From: Candidatus Altiarchaeota archaeon
GTDB lineage: Archaea > Altiarchaeota > Altiarchaeia > IMC4 > SCGC-AAA252-I15
DNA: 64,000 bases
Direction: 5' to 3'
NCBI GenBank assembly: GCA_043800705.1
Contig: JAZDMS010000040.1
Span: 5,550-69,549, forward strand
The translations under genes were made by a program, and so were the position numbers. Below, one piece after another: positions 53,958 to 63,518 of this stretch. Position 1 is the first letter of the stretch; each line of letters begins with the position of its first letter. The notes under the pieces are model-generated. The model made no database searches. It was not told where the DNA came from and saw nothing but the letters and a program-made list of their open reading frames with translations.

Positions 53958-55454
53958 TTGTCATTCATAATCATTTCAATGCTTCTGGAGGTCACGGCAT
54001 TCGTCTGTGGGATGGCTATCATGGTCATCGAGCTGCTCGGAGCAAGGATGATTTCCCCGTTTTTCGGCAATTCCTTCTACATATGGACCGGCGTCATCGG
54101 GGTCGTGCTTGTATCAATGACCCTCGGATACTGGCGCGGGGGCATTCTCGCAGACCGGTCCAAGGGCCTGCGGAGCCTCTCGGAAAAGATCTTCATCGCT
54201 GGCGTGACCACCATAATACTGCCTCTGCTCGTCACATTCTTCGGCGGGCTAGGGTTCTTCTTTGGCATGCAGTGGGGCGCGGTCATAACTTCCGTATTCA
54301 GCCTCTCGATCCCGTGCTACTTCCTGGCCATGGTCTCCCCCTATTGTATCCGTCTCTCACCCAAGGATCATGAGAACATTGGGGCAGTCAGCGGAAGGCT
54401 GTATTCCATATCGACCCTTGGCAGCATATTCGGGGTCTTCATGTCCGGGTTCATACTGCTGCCCTATTTCAAGGTGAGGGTGACCCTCTACATACTCGGC
54501 GTAGCACTCGTTCTATTGTCCGTAGGCCTATATCTCAAGGGATCCGCGCATTCCAAGCTGGACGTCGCCCAAGTGGCCGTGATGTCGGTGTCGTCGCTGG
54601 CATTCATCATCCTCCAACTCGTGTATCTTCCGCCGTTCATCCCCGACCTGCGCGGCACCAACCAGACGATCCTGAGGACGGACGAGACGAAATACAACTC
54701 CATCGCCGTAGTCGAGACGAGCATAGGCTCCGAGAGGTACCGGCTTATGTCGTTGGGCAGCCTGGTCCAGGGTGGGATAGAGGTCTCCTCGAACACCAGC
54801 TACTACCGGTATGCCGACTACCTGGAATACATGTGGGCCGTGAACCCCGACATACACGATGTGCTCATCATGGGCAACGGCGCCGCTGTCCTTGTAGGGA
54901 AGATCAGGGCGGAGCACCCGGAAGTCATGGTGGATGTAGTGGACATTGACCCGGTGGTGTTCGAATACGCTTCCGAGTACTTCGGGGAGCGCGAGGACTC
55001 GCACACCCGGTTCATCGTCGATGACGCCAGGATGTACCTCAAGGGCACGAATAAGAAATACGACCTCATAGTCATGGACATATTTGGCGCCACCCATGTC
55101 ATCCCGTTCCACATAGCCACGGTCGAGATGCTGGACAGCGTATCCAGCCACCTGAATCCGAAGGGGGCCTATTTCCTGAACCTCGTGTCGAGCATCGAAG
55201 GGCCGAGGTCCATCCTGTTCAAGAGCGAGTTGAAAACATTCGGGGAGGTATTCCCCCAGAACTATGTCGTGCAGGTGAAGGGGAAGGACGCGGTCGACAC
55301 GGTCCTGCTCATATCCGGGGGACAGGACTATCCCGGGGAGCGGCTGAGATCGATCGACAACCTGACCGGCCGGCTGTTCGAGTCATCCCACTATGACCTT
55401 TCCGATGGCATTATACTGACGGACGAATACGCCCCTGTTGAAGCGATGCTCTAG
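53958..55454 (+). CDS. Membrane-fused spermidine synthase-like (polyamine aminopropyltransferase family) protein
   Basis: About 7 N-terminal TM helices, then a methyltransferase fold (VLIMGNGAAV, VDVVDIDP.V, YDLIVMDIF). The start is TTG at 53958 or ATG at 53979. Confidence 0.65.
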   Translation: MSFIIISMLLEVTAFVCGMAIMVIELLGARMISPFFGNSFYIWTGVIGVVLVSMTLGYWRGGILADRSKGLRSLSEKIFIAGVTTIILPLLVTFFGGLGFFFGMQWGAVITSVFSLSIPCYFLAMVSPYCIRLSPKDHENIGAVSGRLYSISTLGSIFGVFMSGFILLPYFKVRVTLYILGVALVLLSVGLYLKGSAHSKLDVAQVAVMSVSSLAFIILQLVYLPPFIPDLRGTNQTILRTDETKYNSIAVVETSIGSERYRLMSLGSLVQGGIEVSSNTSYYRYADYLEYMWAVNPDIHDVLIMGNGAAVLVGKIRAEHPEVMVDVVDIDPVVFEYASEYFGEREDSHTRFIVDDARMYLKGTNKKYDLIVMDIFGATHVIPFHIATVEMLDSVSSHLNPKGAYFLNLVSSIEGPRSILFKSELKTFGEVFPQNYVVQVKGKDAVDTVLLISGGQDYPGERLRSIDNLTGRLFESSHYDLSDGIILTDEYAPVEAML

Positions 55455-56836
55455 TACGTCTTGGCAACGTGGATTCCGTGCCCCTTCTTCCCGCAGACGA
55501 CGCAGGTCCCGTCATCTTCGGAGACAGACAGTATCGTCCCCTCCTCCTCTATCGGTTTTGCGCATTCTTTGTTCCCGCACCAGCCGACCTTGACTATCCC
55601 CCCCCCGACTAGGTCCTTGAACTTCGGCAGCGTGTCGGCCTCGCAGATCCTCTCGTCAAATCTCTTCTGCGCCTTGGACCGCATGTTGGACTCTATGTCC
55701 GAGAACACGGCCTGCAGGTCGAGATCCTTCACTGGAACGCCTCTCTTTTCGCCAGTGTCCCTTCTTACAAGCATCACCTTGCCTTCTTTGATGTCCCTGG
55801 GGCCGACCTCGATACGAAGAGGGACGCCTTTCTGCTCCCACTTGAAGAATTTTGCTCCCGGGCGCTCATCGCCTGCGTCGACCTTGACCCTGTAACCCCC
55901 CGACTTCAGCGTTTTCTCAAGCTCTTCGACGTGGGCCATGACATCGGCCTTGTCGGCGTCCTTGAACACTATCGGTATTATCACCGCCTGTACCGGCGCG
56001 ACCCTTGGGGGCAGTATCATCCCCTTTTCGTCCCCGTGGACCGAAACGACTGCGGCAAGGAGCCTGCCGAATCCGGGCCCGTATGACGTCTGCCAGACGT
56101 GCTTTTTCTGCCCCTTCTCGTCGTCATACTCTATCCCGAAGACCTTGCTGAAGTGCTGGCCGAGGTTGTGGACAGTCGCGACCTGCAGCGTCCTTCCGTC
56201 CGGCATCATCGTGTCGAAAGCGACCGTGAACTCGGCTCCCGGGAACTTGTCCCAGTCGGGCCTCTGGTTCACCATGACCGGCAGGCACAGTAGGCCGTTT
56301 ATCATCTGGCTATATATGCCCTTAACGGTCTTCACGTTCTCCAGGGCCTCCTGCCTCGTCGCGAAGGCGGTGTGGCCCTCGTTCCAGTAGAATTCCCTGC
56401 TTCTGATGAGCGGCCTCGTCTGCTTCGTCTCGCAGCGGTAGACCGTCACCGTCTGGTGGACCTTTATCGGCAGGTCTTGGTGGGTCCTGGTCCATAGGGC
56501 GAACATCGGATACATGCACGTCTCGCTCGTCGGGCGCAGGGCAAGCCTCCGCTCCAGCGGCGTCTTCCCGCCGTGGGTGACCCAGTAGACCTGGTCCTCG
56601 AAGCCTGCTATGTGTTCTGCCTCCTTCATGAGGAGGTTCTCGGGTATAAGCAAGGGGAACAGTGTCGGTTCGTGGCCGTCCTTCTCGAGTTCGGCCTCAA
56701 GGAACCTTGACATCTCCCTAATGATCCGCATCCCGTCGCCGCGGTAGACGAGCATCCCCTTGACGTCGTATCTGTCGTCGACGAGTTTGTTCTCCGAGAG
56801 CATCCGCCGGTACCATTCCCCAAAATCCTCTTCCAT
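55451..56836 (-). CDS. proS: Prolyl-tRNA synthetase, archaeal/eukaryotic type
   Basis: 461 aa with class II motifs (..LRPTSET.., ..VYRCE.., ..GPGFGRLL..) and a C-terminal zinc-binding tail (CGNKEC...C.VCG). Confidence 0.88.
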   Translation of the reverse strand: MEEDFGEWYRRMLSENKLVDDRYDVKGMLVYRGDGMRIIREMSRFLEAELEKDGHEPTLFPLLIPENLLMKEAEHIAGFEDQVYWVTHGGKTPLERRLALRPTSETCMYPMFALWTRTHQDLPIKVHQTVTVYRCETKQTRPLIRSREFYWNEGHTAFATRQEALENVKTVKGIYSQMINGLLCLPVMVNQRPDWDKFPGAEFTVAFDTMMPDGRTLQVATVHNLGQHFSKVFGIEYDDEKGQKKHVWQTSYGPGFGRLLAAVVSVHGDEKGMILPPRVAPVQAVIIPIVFKDADKADVMAHVEELEKTLKSGGYRVKVDAGDERPGAKFFKWEQKGVPLRIEVGPRDIKEGKVMLVRRDTGEKRGVPVKDLDLQAVFSDIESNMRSKAQKRFDERICEADTLPKFKDLVGGGIVKVGWCGNKECAKPIEEEGTILSVSEDDGTCVVCGKKGHGIHVAKTY

Positions 56837-56940
56837 TACAAGGAGATATTAGAACCTGTGCGATAAAAACAAGCGGACGGCCCGCCTGCATGCACTCCTT
56901 TCCAGCCTTTAAATACCGTCGCGTGGATAGTTTATATCCT

Positions 56941-57930
56941 ATGGATATCCGGCAGCTCATGAAGGAGAAATCGTCCGCGGTCGAACCCTATCTGCGGGAA
57001 TATGCGAAGATGGGGGACAGCAAGATCCAGGAGATGATCCTCCACCCGATCGAAGCCGGCGGAAAACGCATACGGCCCTTCCTGACCCTCTTGGCATGCG
57101 AGGCCGTAGGCGGCGACCCTAAACTGGCGCTCCCCGCAGCGGCGTCGGTGGAGCTTCTGCACACGTTCACCCTCGTACACGACGACCTCATGGACCACGA
57201 CCTTGAACGTCGCGGGAGGCCTACCGTCCACAGCATATGGGGGGAGGAGATGGGCATCATAGTCGGCGACACACTCTATTCAAGCTCGTTCAAGGCTCTG
57301 GTCGACACGCGGAAGAAGGGCGTGCCTGCCGACAGGGTGCTCGATGCCGTCGACGTCCTGGTAGCGGCTAACGGAGACCTTCAGGAGGGGCAGATCATGG
57401 ACATGCTCTTCGAAGACAGGGGGACCGTCGGCGAGGACGAATACATGGAGATGGTGCGCAAGAAGACCGGAGTCCTCATAGAGGCCGCTGTCAAGATCGG
57501 CTGCATAGTCGGCGGCGGCTCGCCCACGGAGCTTCAGGCCCTTTCGGTATATGGAAACAACATCGGCGTCTCGTTCCAGATAAAGGACGACGTACTCGAC
57601 CTCACGGCAAACCAGAAGGAGCTTGGCAAGCCTATCGGCTCGGACATCAGGAAAGGCAAGAAGACCCTGGTAATCGTCCACGCCCTGGAGCATGGGGGGC
57701 GGAAAGACAAAAAAACCATCCTAAAGACGCTCGGCAAGGAGAAAGCGAAGGCCGCCGACGTGAAGAAGGTCATAGAGGCCCTTAAGAGGACCGGCTCCAT
57801 CGACTACGCAGAGCGGAAGGTCCAGGAGCTTATAGACGAGTCGAAGAATGCCCTGAACGTATTGCCGGACTCCGAGGCAAGGAAGGCGCTTGCCCTGCTC
57901 GCGGACTATCTCATCGAAAGGAGGATGTAA
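56941..57930 (+). CDS. idsA: Geranylgeranyl diphosphate synthase (short-chain trans-prenyltransferase)
   Basis: Contains the two aspartate-rich motifs LVHDDLMD (first) and QIKDDVLD (second). Start chosen at MDIRQLMKEK. Confidence 0.85.
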   Translation: MDIRQLMKEKSSAVEPYLREYAKMGDSKIQEMILHPIEAGGKRIRPFLTLLACEAVGGDPKLALPAAASVELLHTFTLVHDDLMDHDLERRGRPTVHSIWGEEMGIIVGDTLYSSSFKALVDTRKKGVPADRVLDAVDVLVAANGDLQEGQIMDMLFEDRGTVGEDEYMEMVRKKTGVLIEAAVKIGCIVGGGSPTELQALSVYGNNIGVSFQIKDDVLDLTANQKELGKPIGSDIRKGKKTLVIVHALEHGGRKDKKTILKTLGKEKAKAADVKKVIEALKRTGSIDYAERKVQELIDESKNALNVLPDSEARKALALLADYLIERRM

Positions 57931-58919
57931 TGATGAAGGCACGAAAGACCGATCACCTCAGGATCTCGGCAAAGGAGGACGTGGAAGCCGGCGACAGCGG
58001 ACTTGGGCGGATACGCCTCCAGCACAAGGCGTCGCCTCAGATGAGGTTCGCCGACGTCGACACGACGGTCAGGTTCCTCGGGAAAGACATGGCATTCCCC
58101 CTCATATTCGAAGCGATAACGGGCGGCACCCCCGAAGCCGGAAAGATCAACAGGACGCTCGCGAAAGTCGCCCAAAAACACGGCCTCGGGATGGGAGTCG
58201 GCAGCCAGAGGGCTGCGATAGAGGATCCGAAGCTCGCATCGACGTACCAGGTGCGCGAGCTGGCCCCCGACATACTCCTCCTAGGCAACCTGGGAGCAGT
58301 CCAACTCAACTACGGCTACGGCCTGGAGGAATGCAAGGCCGCCGTCGAAATGCTTCAGGCAGACGCGCTCGCCCTCCACCTGAATCCCCTGCAGGAGGCG
58401 GTGCAGCCCGAAGGCGACACCGACTTCCGGGGCATCATAGGGAAGATCAACAAGGCGGCAGCTGGCATGCGCACTCCGGTAATCGCGAAGGAAGTGGGAT
58501 GCGGGCTCGACTACGACACCGCCAAGGCGCTGAAGGTCGCCGCCTACGACTGCGGAGGCCTGGGCGGCACCTCATGGAGCCTCGTCGAAAGCTACCGGAA
58601 CCCGAGCCTCATGGGAGAAGTCGGGGCCCTATACTCTGACTGGGGCATACCCACTGCCGAGGCGGTCGCCGAACTTTCCCGGCTGAAGAAGCCTCTCATA
58701 GCATCCGGCGGGGTTAGAACCGGCCTCGACGGCGCAAAATGCGTCGCATTGGGGGCGAACGTCGTCGGCGTCGCGCTCCCCGTCCTCCGGGCATATTACT
58801 CAGGCGGGCAGAAGGCCGTGGACAGGTTCGCTGAGAGATTCATAGCCGAGTTCAAGACGGCGATGTTCCTGACCGGCTCATCAAAGGTGTCAGATCTGAC
58901 CGGCAGGGTGCGCCGATGA
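57930..58919 (+). CDS. fni: Isopentenyl-diphosphate delta-isomerase, type 2 (FMN-dependent)
   Basis: MMKARKTDHLRIS.., ..MGVGSQRAA.., ..KEVGCGL.., ..GGLGGTSW.. TIM-barrel pattern. The start overlaps the idsA stop (TAATG). Confidence 0.85.
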   Translation: MMKARKTDHLRISAKEDVEAGDSGLGRIRLQHKASPQMRFADVDTTVRFLGKDMAFPLIFEAITGGTPEAGKINRTLAKVAQKHGLGMGVGSQRAAIEDPKLASTYQVRELAPDILLLGNLGAVQLNYGYGLEECKAAVEMLQADALALHLNPLQEAVQPEGDTDFRGIIGKINKAAAGMRTPVIAKEVGCGLDYDTAKALKVAAYDCGGLGGTSWSLVESYRNPSLMGEVGALYSDWGIPTAEAVAELSRLKKPLIASGGVRTGLDGAKCVALGANVVGVALPVLRAYYSGGQKAVDRFAERFIAEFKTAMFLTGSSKVSDLTGRVRR

Positions 58920-59137
58920 AAGACATAGTCATGGTCAGGGTCGGAAAGAACGGCGTAACCCCAGCCCTGATCGAGGAGATAATATCGGTCTTGAAGAAGC
59001 ACAAGAAAATCAAGATCAAGATGCTGAAGTCCTCCCTCGAAGGCGCCGACAAGCACGAACAGGCAGAAGACATCAGAAGGATGTGCAAAGCCAAGAGGGC
59101 GAGCCTACTCGGGCACACGATAACGCTGGAACAGTGA
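58916..59137 (+). CDS. YhbY/CRS1-type RNA-binding domain protein
   Basis: 73 aa: VRVGKNGVTPALIEEIISVLKKHKKIKIKML... It overlaps the fni stop (ATGA). Confidence 0.7.
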   Translation: MKDIVMVRVGKNGVTPALIEEIISVLKKHKKIKIKMLKSSLEGADKHEQAEDIRRMCKAKRASLLGHTITLEQ

Positions 59138-59139
59138 CG

Positions 59140-60144
59140 TCACCTGTCCTCTTTAGCCAATTCCCTGTTTGGCTTGACCTCGCGCGGATCTGATATGGTG
59201 AACGTGAACATCCTCGGTTTACCCGTCTTGGGGTCAATCGCCTCGATGCGGTGGTACTTCCCCATGTCGTCGAACGGCTGATGTTTGCCTCCCTTGGCGA
59301 ACCTGCGAAACTCCTCCTCACTCTCCTGTGCAAAGCCGAATCCGGCATTGGCCCATGGGCTAGTCTCATCCGTCGCCTCGGACTCGTATCCCAGCCTCTT
59401 GAATATCACCCCAAACTGCGCGAGGCCGACAAATATGTGCGGCTCCCCTGGCGGATGCCTGGCCCTCTGCTTCCGCTCGGTCTTCGAGACCATCTTCAGC
59501 GACAGGCCGTATCCCCTATACTCATGGTCCGCAATAGCCATATGGCCGAGGTCGTCGGTTCTGTAGAAAAATGAGTTCACCTGGCTTTGTCCGCCTATAT
59601 CCTTCTCGACCCAGTACTCTTCATGGACGGATTTCGGCCTTTCATTGCCGACCTGTTCCCTCCGGGTCGTCTTGAATCTCTCAAGGCGGAAAAGCTCAAG
59701 CTGGTCCGGCCCCCATCTGCTCTTCGGCCAGGTCCTGGCCACAACGTAGCCTTTGCCTGGGATCTTGTATACCCCCTGTAATGCCTGGAAATCCCCATTC
59801 TCGCAGCGTGAGGAAAGAAGCAGAGGCAGTTCGATGACTGTGTCGCCGTCTCGGAAGACCATTCGCCCCCGCTTAATGGCTTCCTGCCTCTCATCAAGGC
59901 TTCCGATGCGGATCGGCTGGGCCTTCGGTTTGACCCAATCCCTTCCCGCCATCAGCTGTTCCCGCATCAGCTGCTTCTTAATCTGCTCTTTTTCCCATCT
60001 GGTCTGGACGCCTTGGAACTGCTCTTTTCGGGCCTGCACGAGGAGATATGGGATGCCGCGAAATTTATATTGCCTGTAAGGCCATGGCGTCGCTGGGCGG
60101 GCGATATAAAGGCGCCAACCCAATTCTTTAATGATGGCGCTCAA
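59140..60144 (-). CDS. Hypothetical protein
   Basis: 334-aa ORF rich in W/K/R/E. It may carry a GNAT-like motif (HEYRGYGLSLKMV). The TTG start is uncertain, and GC looks lower by eye. Confidence 0.35.
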   Translation of the reverse strand: MSAIIKELGWRLYIARPATPWPYRQYKFRGIPYLLVQARKEQFQGVQTRWEKEQIKKQLMREQLMAGRDWVKPKAQPIRIGSLDERQEAIKRGRMVFRDGDTVIELPLLLSSRCENGDFQALQGVYKIPGKGYVVARTWPKSRWGPDQLELFRLERFKTTRREQVGNERPKSVHEEYWVEKDIGGQSQVNSFFYRTDDLGHMAIADHEYRGYGLSLKMVSKTERKQRARHPPGEPHIFVGLAQFGVIFKRLGYESEATDETSPWANAGFGFAQESEEEFRRFAKGGKHQPFDDMGKYHRIEAIDPKTGKPRMFTFTISDPREVKPNRELAKEDR

Positions 60145-61051
60145 GCGGATTCCCGCCAGGCAGGTGTCTGCGGACCATAGGCTATTGGATCAGTTGGAGG
60201 ATAACAGGGTCTATTCGGACAGCATAAATGTTGGTGGAGCCGATGTCAGATTCTTGGGGGTTTTGCACGGCACTTCGAAAAACAACATGGGCAATAACAC
60301 CGAAAAGGCAGTCGATTACATAGCGAGGGCGAATGATGGACTTTTGTTTGTCGAAAGCTCGGTACTTGAGACTTCCGGACTATTTCGCAAACACATGGCA
60401 CGGATAGTCCCAATAGACCGGGTGGATTCGATCTTTTCCCTGACCTTCGATGAGACGCGGACTGTGAAGCGGTTGCCTACGTATCGCCGGCTTGACCCCG
60501 ACGAGATCGTGCAGAGGGTCAACAAGCTCCCTTTCGACCCTGCTGAAGGGGGCGTGGCCGTCGTCGAAGGGAGGTATCCTTCGCGCAGATACGGAAAATC
60601 CGCGACCCTGGCGAGGGAATGGGAGAGTATTAATGCGGAGAACAAGGCACGGTTGTCATCCAACGGTCGGAGACAGCTGGATGATGAGGACTTTTTCCAG
60701 GGCATCAAGCTAGACGACCGGGGAAGGAGCCTCCTCATGGCTGCGGAGGTCCTCTGCGGATTGGAAGAAAAGAATCCTACTGAGGCGCTGGTTGTTCAGG
60801 GCATGTACCACATGTCCGACACCATGCACTTCATCGAGTGCCCCGAGGTTGCTGTGAGGTACATTGACCTGATGCAGCGAGGATTTGAGCGAATCATTGG
60901 CGATGAAATCCCAGAATCCAGCAAGCCCAGTTTCTACGCTGACAAGGATGATTTTGAAAAGGAGGATTATAAGAGGCGGGTTGTGGGATTCCTAAAAGAC
61001 CTCGAGAAGGCAAGGGCGGCGTTCGAGAGGCGGATAAAAGACACGCCCTAG
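60131..61051 (+). CDS. Hypothetical protein (weak TraB/GumN-like N-terminal pattern)
   Basis: 306 aa. The pattern VRFLGVLHGTSKNN...LLFVESSV faintly resembles the GTAHVS...VAVEL pattern. The 5' end overlaps the divergent ORF by 14 nt as called. Confidence 0.35.
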   Translation: MMALKRIPARQVSADHRLLDQLEDNRVYSDSINVGGADVRFLGVLHGTSKNNMGNNTEKAVDYIARANDGLLFVESSVLETSGLFRKHMARIVPIDRVDSIFSLTFDETRTVKRLPTYRRLDPDEIVQRVNKLPFDPAEGGVAVVEGRYPSRRYGKSATLAREWESINAENKARLSSNGRRQLDDEDFFQGIKLDDRGRSLLMAAEVLCGLEEKNPTEALVVQGMYHMSDTMHFIECPEVAVRYIDLMQRGFERIIGDEIPESSKPSFYADKDDFEKEDYKRRVVGFLKDLEKARAAFERRIKDTP

Positions 61052-62025
61052 AGCCTGTCCGCAATCTCCAGTATGTCTCCGAGTATCGCGCTCGAGGTCT
61101 CCTTCGGCCCCGCCCCGGCTCCTATGAGTGTTATGTCTCCCGCGGTGTCGGCCTCTACGAGGACCGCGTTCAGGTTGCCCGGGACGTTCAGGGGGTGCTC
61201 TACGGGAATCATCCTGGGGCTCACTTCTGCTGCCGCGACGTCTCCGACGAGCTTGATCGCATACCCGTAGTCTTTGGCCAGCTCTAACGCCTCCGGGGTG
61301 ACTCCTTCGATGCCCGTCACCTTAAGGTCCTTGAGCTTCAAGTCCCTGCCCATGATAGAGTTGGCGAGTATTATCACCTTCGCGGCGGTGTCTATCCCCT
61401 TGATGTCGTAGTCGGGGTTGGATTCGGCGAAGCCGAGGTTCTGCGCCTCCTTGAGCGCCGTCTTGAAGTCGACGCCTTCCTCGCTCATCTTCCAGAGTAT
61501 GAAGTTCGTCGTCCCATTGAATATGCCGTAGATGTTCCTGATGCCGTTGGCTTTGAGCTCGCTGGTGCAGGTGTTGATGACCGGTATGGCCCCCCCTACA
61601 GTTGCCTCGAACCTCAACTGGACTCCCATCTCCTTAGCCAGTGCCGCAAGCTCCCCATAGGCGATGATGAGCGGGCTCTTGTTGGATGTGGCAACATTCT
61701 TCCTGGCATTCAAAGCGGCCCTGATGTGGCTAAGGCCAGGTTCGCCGGTGTTCATATTCCCCGGCGTCAGCTCGACGACGATGTCTGCGTCGACGTCCCT
61801 TATCGCATCCAGTGTCTTCTTCTCCTCCCACTTCAGCCTCCCCTCTACAAGCTTTTTCAGGTCCAGTCCGCCATCGTCGATGGCGCACCCCTTGAGCTCG
61901 CAGACCGCGACCACCTTTATGTCGTAGCCTAGCGCCTTCAGGTGCTGGGCCTTGTCAAGAAGCGTCTGGGCCAGTCCCTTTCCGATGATGCCGAACCCGA
62001 CTATCATAATCCTTACGGCCTTCAT
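61048..62025 (-). CDS. hom: Homoserine dehydrogenase
   Basis: MKAVRIMIVGFGIIGKG NAD site, ..VATSNKSPL.., ..FEATVGGAIPVI.., ..GIFNGTTNFIL... Confidence 0.85.
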   Translation of the reverse strand: MKAVRIMIVGFGIIGKGLAQTLLDKAQHLKALGYDIKVVAVCELKGCAIDDGGLDLKKLVEGRLKWEEKKTLDAIRDVDADIVVELTPGNMNTGEPGLSHIRAALNARKNVATSNKSPLIIAYGELAALAKEMGVQLRFEATVGGAIPVINTCTSELKANGIRNIYGIFNGTTNFILWKMSEEGVDFKTALKEAQNLGFAESNPDYDIKGIDTAAKVIILANSIMGRDLKLKDLKVTGIEGVTPEALELAKDYGYAIKLVGDVAAAEVSPRMIPVEHPLNVPGNLNAVLVEADTAGDITLIGAGAGPKETSSAILGDILEIADRL

Positions 62026-62516
62026 CCTGCGACCCCCCTTATGAGCATGATCCTCTTCCTTTTGCAGACGTCCTGAAGCGTCTCGTTGAGTCTCCCCATC
62101 CTCCCCTCGTCGATGTTCACTGTCATGAGCACCGCGGACTCCTCGTCGGGGTTGGCCATCCGCACCTCGATGTTCCGCACCAGCCCTACCTTGTTGATCT
62201 GGTCTATTGTGTCCTGGAGGTCCTGGTCTATGACGTGGCCTACGAGTATGAAAGACAGCCTCTTCTTGCGGTTGTACCTGTGGCCTTCGACCTTCACTTC
62301 CCTGTATTCGACCTTCTCCTTCTTGAAGGCTTCGAGTATCCTGTTGAGGGTCTCGTCGTCCTTGGCCTTGAAGGAGACGTTGACGTCCACCAGGTCGCCC
62401 TTTCCGCGGCTGTGGAGAACGCTGACTATGTTGCCTCCATTAGCCGATACGGGCTCCAATGCCCTCACAAGGGCTCCAGGGACGTCTCTCAGCCCCAACA
62501 CCATCTCTACGAACAT
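62022..62516 (-). CDS. ACT-domain protein, co-transcribed with hom
   Basis: 164 aa with two ACT-like halves (DVPGALVRALEPVS..GGNIVSV). It has a 4-nt overlap with hom. Confidence 0.65.
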   Translation of the reverse strand: MFVEMVLGLRDVPGALVRALEPVSANGGNIVSVLHSRGKGDLVDVNVSFKAKDDETLNRILEAFKKEKVEYREVKVEGHRYNRKKRLSFILVGHVIDQDLQDTIDQINKVGLVRNIEVRMANPDEESAVLMTVNIDEGRMGRLNETLQDVCKRKRIMLIRGVAG

Positions 62517-62582
62517 GTTGCTCCCACTATTATTCCATTTTGTCGTTAAAACTGAGAAATAGGTTGCAGGAGGCCGTACAGT

Positions 62583-63482
62583 TCATTCTTTCAAGGCCGC
62601 CAAGAGCAGGTCCCTGCCTTCCTGGTATACCGGAACCCTTCCTGTGATGTCAAGGGTTTTGGTGCTGTGGTATGACAACGCCTCGTTCACGTTTGCCACG
62701 GTCAATCCCTCGAGCCGTATCCTCCTCGTCTCCGGGTTCATCCCCGCAAAGGTGCGGATCTCATCGTCGGATGCGGGTTGAAAGTCGTTGTCTCCCCTGT
62801 AGATTCTTCCCTCTATGAAACCGAGCCTGCTGTCGCCATTTGCCACTCCCCTTATCATGGAATGGATGAACATCTTTTGGACTGCCTGCCCGCCTGCTTC
62901 GGCCTGTCCTATCACTTCCCTGGCCTTGCTGGCCAGGCTTTCGACGACTTTAGGTTCTCTCACGATCCGTGCAGGCCTTTTCAGGAGCATTCTCCCCTCT
63001 GTGTCGGGAACGTTCATGGGAAACCTCTGCCAAGGCGCCGAAGCCAATGCCTTAGGGACGTCATTATCTAGGATCTCATTCGACACGTTTCCTGCCGCGT
63101 CCATCCCGATTCGCGTAAAAGTCGCGGGTATGTGGCTTTTTTCGTCATAGAAGCCGTCGGGGACAGAATAGGCCAAATCCTTGATTTTGCCGTCCCTGCC
63201 GTATGTCACTTTAACTCCGTCAAGCACCGGGTTGGCGACCGCTGCAGTCCTTCCTCCGTCAGCATTCTGCACGGGATTCACCTCCACGAGCGGCATGCCG
63301 CCTTTGACTGCCGCCCAGGCACTGGTCAGGAATTTTTTCCCGTCCGTCAGGGTCTGCCTGTCCGTCCACGCGCTAATCTGCATCCTCGTGAGGTCTTCCC
63401 TAATCCTATCCAACGGGTCAGCCTGTCCTCTCCTTTCTCCCGTAACCTCTATCGCCATGATATTTATCCGATGGATAAGCAT
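62583..63482 (-). CDS. Hypothetical protein
   Basis: 299-aa ORF with no recognisable motif. An alternative start lies at 63458 (MAIEVTG). Confidence 0.4.
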   Translation of the reverse strand: MLIHRINIMAIEVTGERRGQADPLDRIREDLTRMQISAWTDRQTLTDGKKFLTSAWAAVKGGMPLVEVNPVQNADGGRTAAVANPVLDGVKVTYGRDGKIKDLAYSVPDGFYDEKSHIPATFTRIGMDAAGNVSNEILDNDVPKALASAPWQRFPMNVPDTEGRMLLKRPARIVREPKVVESLASKAREVIGQAEAGGQAVQKMFIHSMIRGVANGDSRLGFIEGRIYRGDNDFQPASDDEIRTFAGMNPETRRIRLEGLTVANVNEALSYHSTKTLDITGRVPVYQEGRDLLLAALKE

Positions 63483-63518
63483 AAAAGGGCGCTATTATCC
63501 TCCCCATTCCTTTTATTT

